A stretch of 64,000 nucleotides of DNA from IMG/VR virus record IMGVR_UViG_3300007900_000103; one strand, 5' to 3'. Shown in pieces: positions 29,201 to 38,900 of the stretch. The notes under the pieces are model-generated. The model did not search any database and was not told where the DNA came from. It worked only from the letters and a program-made list of their open reading frames with translations. The first letter of the stretch is position 1, and the number at the start of each line of letters is the position of its first letter. This DNA comes from an uncultured virus (IMG/VR IMGVR_UViG_3300007900_000103). Lineage: Duplodnaviria; Heunggongvirae; Uroviricota; Caudoviricetes. The position numbers and the translations under genes are program-made.

Positions 29201-30093
29201 ATGTGGACCAGACTGTCGGCGCTGGTCAGGACAACTTCGTCCTTACGTATGACGACGTATCTGGGCTGATCTCACTGGAGGCGGCAGGTGGTGGCGGCAT
29301 CGGCGGCTCGATCACTGACAACCAAGTCGCAGTGGGCGCGACCACAGCTGATGACATTGAAGGTTCAGCCAACCTCACTTGGGATGGCACCGATCTCGAT
29401 GTAACTGGTGGTATAACTGTGTCCGGGGATGCTATCTTCAGTCAGCTTGCCAGTGGCAGTACAGCGACGATGGTGCTTACAAACAACCAGCCTCGCCTTG
29501 ATATCATTGACGACAACGCAGCAGCAAATACTGGTATATGGTCGTTCGCAAATGTGGCTGGCAACTTTAGGCTGACACCCTTCAGTGATGCGTACTCAGC
29601 AGGTAATAACGCAATCCAGATAACCCGGTCTGGTAACAATGCGAACATCGGCTCCTTGCAGGCGAACGCAAGGTGGGAGGTCGTCAACAACACTGACTTC
29701 TGGGTCAGAGACGGGGCAGAGCTTGTAATTCTCGATTCTTCTGATGCCGACAGTGCTACGTTCAGTCATGATGGGACGGATTTTAACACTGCCTTTACCA
29801 ACACGACTGATTGGAACATCACCAGCCTTACGTCTATTCAGGCTGGTACTGTTGACGCTGACTTTGATGTGGTGACTGCCACTAACGTATCGACTGATGG
29901 ATACCTTCAGCTCAGGACCGCCACAGATACTGAGCTTAACGCCATCGCGAATGCAATCAACACCGACGCAGGTAAGATACAAGGAGCTGTAGTTTACAAT
30001 ACGACGACCGACAACCCGGTCTATGCAACAGGCAATACAGACGGCGCGGTCTGGGTAGACGGTGCTGGCACAACGGTGAATACACCAGTGTAA
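26209..30093 (+). CDS. tail fibre / receptor-binding protein with LamG-like domain and internal repeats
   Basis: 1294 aa; L.DL.D repeats, DFTIEF...WYRVAICRNG...MDNVRITKGVARY, three FSHDG.DFNT.F.NTTDWN repeats. Confidence 0.8.
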   Translation: MTRQRVALPSFREEGPIKPYDMRQLVAALEYRLQSLEDVGSVIPSTTVDGDLDNLYAPLNHTHVVADITDFDANVPSSIFDLDDVDGSPAIGETLIWDGNDFVPGTSGGSHTLGSHSDVYIPTPNDGDALTYVNSTGRWESLPQAGAGANTLLDLDDTDIATQNQYDLLFNADGENWHTTATDLQWNPVDDYLQLALGHSINWRNASEVSVELLVLEDAGLQADPDIGSVVMLLTGETAVDGATSITSDIGNHTFTSTGAGTAEVSTNQAYFGTRSLRTHYPSGVNFGIWTQTGTSADFDFAGGDFTIEFDFYSEVQSGTQYPLVRGGITGGSNLSWYVTVGVGANIDRIDFAYSTNGTGYTLAGTATPGFTVGAWYRVAICRNGADLRYYVEGTQVGTTKNVGTSVFFGGSGSLEMINNSGISIWYMDNVRITKGVARYTGASYTLDTGPYDGSSGFFSGFVVGDPVYPTQIDGLTAKITSASTDIDGTLNVDGAAVLQDTLKIKGITEADSFVRLGADITTATPPTTETPTSQLQFWDIDYTDQIGAVGYFAGNIFGLRNEMWNGPAQFEYRDSAGTLKDYLQAYPNANTNIKAVGQVDLYVNDGALGLTAKNGGVDIYVNNNLKAEFGTQGLDIHSATNADNAVNIVRFSWLNGTDRGFVGYSATDDLYVLNQVTNGSVIITPNGTGVVNVTGAVDLDSTLNVDGISTLNNDLAITTTLDDATGDEVALSLDYTTNKATSGADTGFQMTMTDTLSPGASLFADYRLGAVTLFDWGIDGTYRIYDATGADSAAFSHDGTDFNTSFVNTTDWNLNNITNVDIHDGGALRLFHTDNTSSYTMSRNAATVTFESSVTSDNLEFLGHQQIRFNKNTAGNTQFFIGEDSTIYGSNSTAYLELWGEQSSTKYALRMQVNSDTAVFASIGAGAIDQVLFGTAIWANNNIEVHDGSSLVIYNSTDNDSADFSHDGIDFNTVFTNTTDWNVTGLAGFNVANYSFDVDQTVGAGQDNFVLTYDDVSGLISLEAAGGGGIGGSITDNQVAVGATTADDIEGSANLTWDGTDLDVTGGITVSGDAIFSQLASGSTATMVLTNNQPRLDIIDDNAAANTGIWSFANVAGNFRLTPFSDAYSAGNNAIQITRSGNNANIGSLQANARWEVVNNTDFWVRDGAELVILDSSDADSATFSHDGTDFNTAFTNTTDWNITSLTSIQAGTVDADFDVVTATNVSTDGYLQLRTATDTELNAIANAINTDAGKIQGAVVYNTTTDNPVYATGNTDGAVWVDGAGTTVNTPV
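28582..29817 (+). repeat. three ~23-codon repeats in tail fibre (28582-28650, 29089-29157, 29749-29817)
   Basis: DSAAFSHDGTDFNTSFVNTTDWN / DSADFSHDGIDFNTVFTNTTDWN / DSATFSHDGTDFNTAFTNTTDWN. Confidence 0.85.
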
Positions 30094-30102
30094 GGAGGAC
30101 GT

Positions 30103-30222
30103 ATGTTTTGGTTAGGATTGGTGGCAGGGGCGCTCATTGTGGCGCTCATCCCACCTGAGTACGAGGACCGGCTTCGAGTCGGAATTATCAATCAGTGGCA
30201 AAAAGTTACTAAGAAGGGGTAA
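30103..30222 (+). CDS. small membrane protein (39 aa)
   Basis: TAAGGAGG RBS; MFWLGLVAGALIVALIPPEYEDRLRVGIINQWQKVTKKG. Confidence 0.65.
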   Translation: MFWLGLVAGALIVALIPPEYEDRLRVGIINQWQKVTKKG

Positions 30223-30223
30223 A

Positions 30224-30730
30224 ATGACTACGATCAAGATCAGACCGGCTAAGCCCTTGGACACGTCGAATCTGGTACGGCTGCTCACAGCCGCACACGA
30301 CGAAGCAGGCGCTTACCCACCAGTCGATCAGAGCTTAGGCTTGAACTGGATCACACAGACCCTCACGAACGGGTACGTTATCGTTGCAGATGTGTCTGGC
30401 AGACTGGTGGGAACATTGGCTCTCACTAACTATCAATTTCCATGGTCACCCAAGTGGTACATGTACTTGGAGTGGTTATACGTGCAGAAGAAGTTCCGCA
30501 AGGGTGGAGCTTTCGAGGCGCTGATCAAGGCTTGTCATGCCTACGCTGATCAACACGATGCGCCCATTCTTGCAGGTGTTTCCTCGGCTGACCGAGATGT
30601 ATTCTTGAAGGACAAGGTGTTCCAGCACCACGGCTACAAGTACATCGGTGGAGATTTCATTCGTCCAAGTAGGAGTGAAGTCAGTGGGCAGCAAGAAAAA
30701 GAAAACGACTCAGACATACAAGCCGCCTGA
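30224..30730 (+). CDS. GNAT family acetyltransferase
   Basis: IRPAKPLD, VIVADVSGRLVG, LEWLYVQKKFRKGG, FQHHGY. Confidence 0.85.
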   Translation: MTTIKIRPAKPLDTSNLVRLLTAAHDEAGAYPPVDQSLGLNWITQTLTNGYVIVADVSGRLVGTLALTNYQFPWSPKWYMYLEWLYVQKKFRKGGAFEALIKACHAYADQHDAPILAGVSSADRDVFLKDKVFQHHGYKYIGGDFIRPSRSEVSGQQEKENDSDIQAA

Positions 30731-31631
30731 GTGGGTTGAAGGTGGTGCCAAGGATGCGATGACTATTGGTCGTCGTATCGGCAACCAGCAGTACGAGGCA
30801 TATACAGGCGAGCGCGTAGCTGGTCTGTCGCAGAACGAGCAGATGGGCATGGACCTTGCTCGTGAGACAGGCGTTGGCGATCCGTACTATCAGGAAGGCG
30901 CGGCGCTGGCGAGACGTGGAACTGAGCAGTTCCGCGATGCTGACATGTCTGAGTACATGAATCCGTACATTAAGGGCGCACTGGACCCAGCAGCTCGTGA
31001 GATACGCGAGGAAGGCGCGAGAGGCGCTGCTGAGCTGGATTCAAGAGCTGCATCTATGGATGCCTTTGGTGGTAGTAGAGCGGCTCTCATGCGCTCTGAG
31101 AACCGTGAGAAGACCCTACAGGGTGTCAAGGACCTCTACGGTGAGGGCTACGCCAAAGCGTACGAGAGTGCCGTCAACATCTGGGGTGATGAGCGAGCCA
31201 GAGATATGCAGGGCGCTGGGCGCTTCATGCAGATCGGTGATGCTATCACCAATGCGAGAAAGACAGACATCCATACCCTGATGACAACTGGTGCCACCGA
31301 CCGTGGTATCCAGCAGGCAATGCGCGACTTTGACTACAACCAGTTCATCGAGAACCGAGACTGGGACTTCCGCAACCTTGGTGGTCTGATCGCAGCACTG
31401 GAAGGCACAAGGGGTTCCTACTCAACCAAGCATACATCGACCGAAGAGACTAGCGGTGGCGAGGTGGCTCAGGCTCTGGGTATTGCCGCAACACTGGTTG
31501 GTGCTTTCTTTAATCCAGCAGGAGCGGCAGCAGGCGCTGTCGGTCAGGTTGGCACCAACACTAATTGGTCACAGCCAGACGCATCCGGCTTGCAGACCAT
31601 CCTTTCAACGCCAGCCCCAATTGGAGGCTAA
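30684..31631 (+). CDS. putative DNA ejection/pilot internal virion protein
   Basis: AGGAG RBS + GTG; YTGERVAGLS, YMNPY, AFGGSRAAL, C-terminal hydrophobic Gly/Ala helix. Confidence 0.75.
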   Translation: MGSKKKKTTQTYKPPEWVEGGAKDAMTIGRRIGNQQYEAYTGERVAGLSQNEQMGMDLARETGVGDPYYQEGAALARRGTEQFRDADMSEYMNPYIKGALDPAAREIREEGARGAAELDSRAASMDAFGGSRAALMRSENREKTLQGVKDLYGEGYAKAYESAVNIWGDERARDMQGAGRFMQIGDAITNARKTDIHTLMTTGATDRGIQQAMRDFDYNQFIENRDWDFRNLGGLIAALEGTRGSYSTKHTSTEETSGGEVAQALGIAATLVGAFFNPAGAAAGAVGQVGTNTNWSQPDASGLQTILSTPAPIGG

Positions 31632-31634
31632 ATC

Positions 31635-32948
31635 ATGGGTATTCGCGACTCAATCTCTCAGGCTGGAATGGCTGCAAAAGCGTACGCAGACGAACAACAG
31701 AACACCAGACCTGCCACCCCCGGCAGTGCCGTACCGGAAGTTGCCAGCACCCCTGCGGCAGCACCAGCAAACGATACAACAGGGGCTGGTGGGTCTGGTC
31801 CTGACTCTCCACCCCAATCTGGTGGTCCCGATTGGGTTAGTCCCGGTGGTATGCCAACCGATAAGACCGACCAAATGGGCATTGGTCAGGTGGAAGAGCT
31901 TGAGAAGTCGGCTGCGAATGTGGCGAACGGCAAAGCACCAGATGGTCCTGCACTAAGTGACCCTGATGTATCAACCGCTAAAATTGCTGATCAGAAGGTC
32001 AAGCTCAATGAGAGCCTTGACGCTTGGGGTGCCAACCCAGAGAAGGCTTTGAATCAGCTGAAGAACGACAACCTGAAGCGCCTCAAGCAGCTGGAGAAAG
32101 AGGGCGCGATAGACAAGAAGACGTACACCAATCTCAGGGATCGCTGGAAGAACATCTTCAATGTCATTCCCAAGGAAGACTTCGGCATGGTGCTGATGGA
32201 CTTCGGGATGCGAGCGATGATGGCTGGCGAAACCATGGGCAGCGCAGCAGCTCTCGGTGCAGCAGGCTCAGGCGCACTTCAGGGTGTGCAGGCTCGTAAG
32301 GAGCAGGACTACCAGCGTGGTGTTGAGCAGGAGAAGTTGGCTGGCGATATGGCTCGTGCTGATCTGAGCGCTTCGACCGCAGCTCTTACTGCGAGCAAGA
32401 AGGGTTCTGATACCAAGGACACTCAGGAAGGTGTCATGGAATGGAGAGACGGCAAGTGGGAATACATGGAAAAGCTGAACCCGGAAACAGGAAAAATGGA
32501 GAGGGTGATGCCGTCCGCTCTTGCTGGAAGACCACCAACTGACAAGTGGAAGATCGACCGACTTGTTGCTGGAGGTATGTCACCAGAAAAAGCTGACAGG
32601 ATTATCCTGCTCGGACAAGACCCTCAGCGAGCAAAAGAGATTGCGGTATCGTCATGGAACGCATTTGAACGTGACGCTGACGCGACAATCACAATTGGTG
32701 GAAAAACGTACACCAAGCGTGATGTCAAGAAGGCTGATATTGCAGACCTTAAAAGAGCGTACATGGATGAGACGCTTTCCATCCTTGGTATTCCACCAGA
32801 GGATCGAGGTCCAGCACAAGGTGGTGGCGCTTTGAACCAAGGTGGTGAGCCTGATGCCTATGAGTGGCTGAAGGATAAGCCATCACATTACACACCAGAG
32901 CAGTGGGACGAGTACGTCGCAAGTCGAAAAGAAGCGGTAGGGTGGTAA
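31635..32948 (+). CDS. putative internal virion (ejection) protein
   Basis: GGAGG RBS; 437 aa, Ala/Gly hydrophobic segment; between pilot and giant protein. Confidence 0.65.
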   Translation: MGIRDSISQAGMAAKAYADEQQNTRPATPGSAVPEVASTPAAAPANDTTGAGGSGPDSPPQSGGPDWVSPGGMPTDKTDQMGIGQVEELEKSAANVANGKAPDGPALSDPDVSTAKIADQKVKLNESLDAWGANPEKALNQLKNDNLKRLKQLEKEGAIDKKTYTNLRDRWKNIFNVIPKEDFGMVLMDFGMRAMMAGETMGSAAALGAAGSGALQGVQARKEQDYQRGVEQEKLAGDMARADLSASTAALTASKKGSDTKDTQEGVMEWRDGKWEYMEKLNPETGKMERVMPSALAGRPPTDKWKIDRLVAGGMSPEKADRIILLGQDPQRAKEIAVSSWNAFERDADATITIGGKTYTKRDVKKADIADLKRAYMDETLSILGIPPEDRGPAQGGGALNQGGEPDAYEWLKDKPSHYTPEQWDEYVASRKEAVGW

Positions 32949-32951
32949 CCC

Positions 32952-35900
32952 ATGGCTGAAGAGCTTAGCTTTGAAGAAGAGATGGCGAGGGCACGAGAGA
33001 GCCTGAGTCGCAGAGAAGAAGAAGTCACCCAGCAGATCGAGCCTGAAGAAGAGCCGCCTGCCGAGGTGCCTGCTCTTGGCGCTGGTGAGGTTCCAGCAAT
33101 TGGCGAAACATCTCGTAGTGATCTCACTCCTGAGCGTCCACGGACGTTTGAAGAAGAGATGGCTCTTGCTCGCGGCGAAGAGCTTCCAGACACAGATCAA
33201 AACACAGGCTTCCTTGGAGACGTAGGCACCGACATCAAGATCGGCGCTTCGATGATTGCCAAGGGTCCGATGATCCGTGCTGAAAAAGAGCGCGACTTCA
33301 GGGATCAAACTAAGAATAAGGTCGCTGAGCAGTTGACTGAACCAGACATCGCAGGCATCGAGAAGATCGCTGGCAAGAAGATCGACAAGATGGACTGGTT
33401 TGAACTCAATAATGCCGCTACCGATTTTTACGGCACGACCGGCGAAGGGTTCCTCGGTAAGCGTTTCGTGTGGAACAACATGCTGCGCGAGATGATGGGC
33501 TTCCGTGAGGGAGACAAGGATCGCGACGGCTCACCGGGGTTATCCAATCTCGTCACAGGTGAAGAGCCTAGAGAGGCTGGCGAGCCTACAGGTGCGCCTG
33601 CGTTCGAGGGTGCCTATGAGTTAATCAGCGGTAGCCTGAGAAGCAACAAGGCTAACGTGCTCACTGGCGCTGTTGGTGTCTTTAAGCTCGATGGTCAGGC
33701 GATGTACGAAGGTATCGCTCGACCAATCATGGAGAGCACTGGTGTAGATAGTAGGGAGAAAGCAGAAGCAGCTGCCAAGGCTCTCGATGAACTGTACCTC
33801 GAATACACAGACGAGATGCAGGAGCAGGAGCAGAAGACCTTCATCAACCCAGAGGCAACGAAGAACCCATTGACATGGTTCTCTGGTGACGACACCAAGA
33901 GCTGGAAGGGAATCCTGCACACCACCTTGCAGCAAGGTCCGATGCTTCTGTTGATGGCTGGTGCATCAAAGGGAGGCGGCATGGTTGGTGCAAGCCGCTA
34001 CACCCGGAGCATGAGAACACCTCTTCAGACCATGGAAGAGGTTCAAAAGATTCAGAAGACTGGTGCCACGATCGGTGGCGCAGCAGCTGGTGGTATGGCA
34101 GAGATGTCTATGATTCGTGATGGTGTCTTCACTGAGGTGAATCGACGCATCGAGAACGAAACCAGTGATGAGATGTGGGCTAACAACGAGCACTACTCAA
34201 GACTCGTTGCTGGTGGTATGACACCCGAAGAAGCCAAGCAGATCGTTGGCTACTCATACGCCAACAGCGCAGGTGAGATGGCAATGGTTATCTCTGGCGC
34301 TTTGCTTGGTACACCCATGGGCGCGTTTTACGGTCAGACGGTTGGTCGCTCAGCTGGACGACAGCAAGCCAAGCAGTCGATCCTCGCGCAGATGGGTAGA
34401 GGTGCCCTGTACGAGACTGGTCAGGAGATGGCTCAGGAAGGCACTGAGCAGATCGCATCGAACCTTGCAGTCATGCGTATCAACCCAGAGGCGAAGGTCT
34501 TTGACGATGTGCTCGAAGCGATGGCGGCAGCAGCCTTTACCTCAGCACCATACGGTGCAATATCTGGTATCGGTAGTGACAAGGGCGCTGGTGTAGCGAA
34601 GGACTACGACAAGTTGGTTAATCTGTCGCAGCCGTGGATGAACGCAGCCAACGAGCGCTGGAAGTTCCAGAACAAGAAAGGACCGAACACCTCGTTCGCA
34701 AACGATGCCTCACCACAGGATCAACGTGATGCGATGATCGAGCTTGAGCGCCTTCAGGAGAAGGAGGCTGAGGCATTCGACAAGGTTCGTACCGAAACGT
34801 ACGAGCTGATGGAACGCAATGGTGCCGACAAAGAAAAGCTGCTTGAGCACAAAGCGCGAGCTGATGGATACCGTCTCGATCTGGCAATGATTGCGAAGCG
34901 GCGCAAGGCTCGCCAGATTGCCAAGAAGCAGGCAGCAGAAGAGAAGAGGGCGCTGGCAGAACGCGCAGCAGCCAAGGCACAGGTCGAGAGAGATGTCTTC
35001 ACGATCGAGGACAACACTCGTCTGGTCGAAGGGATGCAGGCTATCCAGCGTGGCGAGGAAGTTCATCCAGAGATGTACGACGAGTTGTCGAAGATGGGCT
35101 ACGGCACGTTCGACCAGAGAGGCACAAAGTTCATACTCACCCAGCGTGGCGCACGTGGTCTCGAAGAGCTGGCGACTCAGGCTTCAGACCTCAAGGATAA
35201 ACTGGAAGCTGGCTTCACTGGCGCTGACAGGCGTGTTGATAGCAACCTTCGTGATGCCTACCAGAACCTGACCGAACAGGAGTTCGAGGATCAGGTTATG
35301 CGTGACGATGACACGAGGCTCTGGAATAAGCGCAAGTGGAATCAGGATAAGGATAAATCTGTAACGATCAACGGTGTTGAGCAGAAGAAGTCTGTTGCCG
35401 TACTGGACGTTGACGCTCTCAAGTGGGTCAACGACAACATGAGTCACAGCGCTGGCACGAAGTTGCTGCGCACGGTGGCTAAAGAGATCGAATCTCTTGG
35501 CAGCGGCGCTGAGTCTTACAGGTATGGTGGTGATGAGTTTATCGTCACTCACCCAGACCCAGACAAGCTCCAGTCGATGGTCGAGCAGGCTATCGCACGT
35601 GTGAACGCTCTGCCGCGAATGGAAGAGGCTGGCAAGAGCATCAAGATACAGGTCTCTGTTGGCTACGGTCAGGACTTCGATACAGCTGATGTGGCTCTCA
35701 ATCAGGAGAAGGATCGACGCATCGCATCAGGTGAGCGGGTTGACTCTCGTGTCGAGGGTGCGACCCCACCATCATTGCGTCTCACTGAGCCAGACAATAG
35801 TCCTCAGATGACCCTGTTCGCGATGAGTAAGGACTATAAGAAGTTCGATGACGATCAGATTCACAAATCGGACAACAACACCGGAGACCCTGAGTACTGG

Positions 35901-38900
35901 GATGAGTACGTCAGTGCTGGTGATTTGTTCTACAACTCGCAGGTGTTTGGCACCAGAAAGGTTTCAGAGCAGGAGATGGGGTGGATCGAGGGCACGATCG
36001 AGGACTACTTGCCATCAACCAATCAAGGCAATCCACCAGTCACATTGATGCACGACTACACGTGGCTGTCTGAAATCTCACCAAACCAGTACGAAGAGAT
36101 GCTGTCGATGCCGTTCGGTGCTCAGAACGTACGCGGCATCTTCTCAATGGATGACCCATCGCATGGTGTCTTTCTGTTCGCTGATGCAATCATTGCTGAG
36201 GTGAGACGCGGCTTGAAGTCGGGTAACAAGATCGGCACTTGGAATGGCATCAAGTACAAGATCAAAGAAGGTGACACCGTTGAGATAATCGACGGCAAGG
36301 GGAAGATTCGCAAGGCGAAGGTCACTGACTTTACGATAAAGAAGCCGAAGTACAGCTACGGCACAACATCATTCTCTGGAGCTGAGAAGCGCCTGCAAAA
36401 AGAGGCGATCGACACTCGTCAGCGAATCAATAAACTGATCCGCAAAGAAGAGTCTCTACTGAAGGCTCGCCTGAAGATGTCCGAGGTTAAGCGGGAGGAT
36501 CGAGACCACCCAATCAATAAGCAGCTTGCGGAGAACTTTGAGAATCAGGGTCAGCTTGAGCAAGAGTTGCGCATGTTCCAGTCGGCGCTGGCAAGAGAGC
36601 GTCAGGCACGGTGGAAACGTCCTACTGACGAGAACGTGGATCGCGGCGCAAATAGTCTCACCGTCGAACTGGATGGTGACGTGCTTGTGTTCGACCCTGA
36701 GATGAATTCACTAATTAGGTCTACAGATACAGAGGCATCGGTAAATCAAAAATACAACATTGGTTATGATTGGTCGCTTCCTACCAATACTTTTCAGGCG
36801 ACATTATCCAATGGTGACCATCGGTATTACCGTTTCTCGTCAGATGGTGACGGAAACTTAATGGTGATGGAGAAGGTTCAAAGAGCATACAAGCCAGCGG
36901 TGGATGTTTCCCACATGATTGGTCAGTCACCAAAAGCCATCATTCAAAAAGTAACTAATGACGATGGACTTGATTTTCATGGTCGTACTGGAGATGTGCT
37001 GGAAGAGGCTCTTGGTAAGGTGCCGAACTTTAGTCAGCGCTCTGAAGATGCAAAAGCAAAAGAGAGAAAGTCTTTTGCTAAGCAACTTAAAATTGATTCT
37101 GCACCATACGCTGAAGAGAGGGGTGATATATACCTCGGTCAGATTCGTCATGCGAAATCATCTAAGTGGTACGACAACTTCGGCAACGAAGAGGCATCCA
37201 AAGACGAAGAGATGACGCGAAAGCATGTTGAGATGCTTGTCGCTGACACCGTGATGCACGAGACGGTTGGTCACTTTGGTATTCGCGGTATCACGAAGGA
37301 CTACGAGTCTTACATCAAGCTGACTCATGCGATGGTCGATGCTTTCCCAGAGGTGGCTGAGGCACTCCGGTGGATGGGGTACACATACCGTACCGACATC
37401 AACAAGGGTGAGGACCTCGACCGTGCTAACAAAGCCCTGCTGGGCGAAGAGATCATGGCATGGAAAGCTGGTGAGCTACTGAGCAACCCAGAGCTGAAGG
37501 GTATGACTCTGCCACAGCAGAGCGCGATACGGCGCTTCATCACGTGGTTCAAAGAGCAGCTCATCCAGCTTGGCTGGGGTAAGGTTTTCCGCAAGTACAA
37601 AGCAGCTCAGATTCGTGCCGCTCGCAGGCGGCTGTACAACCCAACCAATGCACATGTGCGCGAGCAGGCTTTCATCGAGCTGTACGGCAAGGGTGATCAG
37701 GCTGGTTTAATCCATTCTGGTCAATCTGCTGAGCGAACTGGTGCATGGAAGAAGGGCAAGAAGACAAAGCGTGGTGTCGTCATCCGGGCAGCAGACAGCT
37801 TCCTTACCGACAACGACCTGCTGAATATCATTGCTCGCTCTCATGACGCTATCGTCAACGGGCACTCAAAGTGGACCTTCAAGGACTTCCATGGTCAGCC
37901 GCACAATTTGTACATGCGCGACATGGAGATATTCAGGAAGCCCATTTATGAGGTGATGGTCAACGGTGTTCGTGGTCGAACTGAAGAAGAGGTTCTGAGT
38001 GAAGAGGACTTGGCACCCGCACCTCCAGTGCCGACTCTTGCCGAGGCATACAAGGAAGCCACTGGCGAGGATATGCCAGAGGGCTGGAAGCCGCTGACAC
38101 CCGGTGACTTCAAAGACGCTGCCAAAGAGATGATGGCAGAGAAGGGTGAGCTGTTTGATGAGTATCAGGCTGCACGAGAAGCCGCAGGAGGCAAGCTCGG
38201 TCCACCTGTGTTCCTGTATCAGAAGGAGACAGGTGGTGCGGCAGGCGATAACGTAGCCGGTAAGGTGCAGTCGATCATCAGTAAGGCGAAGAAGGAGAAG
38301 GTGCGCCGAGAGAATCTGGTTCGTGCGAAGAAGGCGAAGATCGAGGCAGGCGAGCGCATGTATGGTGAGTCCTTCAATCAGGACAGGATTCCGATCTTCC
38401 CAGAGGTAGCCACACTTCAGGGCTTTATCGAGGCAGCAAAGCAGGCGCTACCGAGCGCGAAGAACAAGGGCTTCATCTCCGAGATGGAAATGGAGGCAGC
38501 TGGCTTCATGGAGCAGCTGTGGCCTAGCAGGTTCAGAAGCATTGTAATTGACCTGTTTGGAGGCACTGATCCAGCAGACCTCAGCAGTCGCCTTGGCATA
38601 TCAGAGAAGCGCATCAAAGAGCTACGGAACCCCGGTCAGCAGATGACCGAGGAAGAGGCTAATGCTGTATCGAAGTTAATGAAAGAGACCGACTCTCAGA
38701 ACTCTATGTTTTATGAGTCGCAGGTTGATCCGAAGAACCTGATGCAGAATAACAACCTCATCCTTAGCGACTTTATTCCTGTTCTCGGTCAGTACGCTCT
38801 CAGTCAGCAGGACCCAGCGTTGACGACACTCAATATTTTGCTTGGCGAAAACCATGCCGCGTTTGAGGCTTACTTAAAAGCGGTGGCGAAAGAACTGTCA

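Noticed and set aside
26209..30093. Diversity-generating retroelement acting on the tail fibre
   Set aside because: No reverse transcriptase in the window; repeats are in-frame and their differences are not adenine-specific
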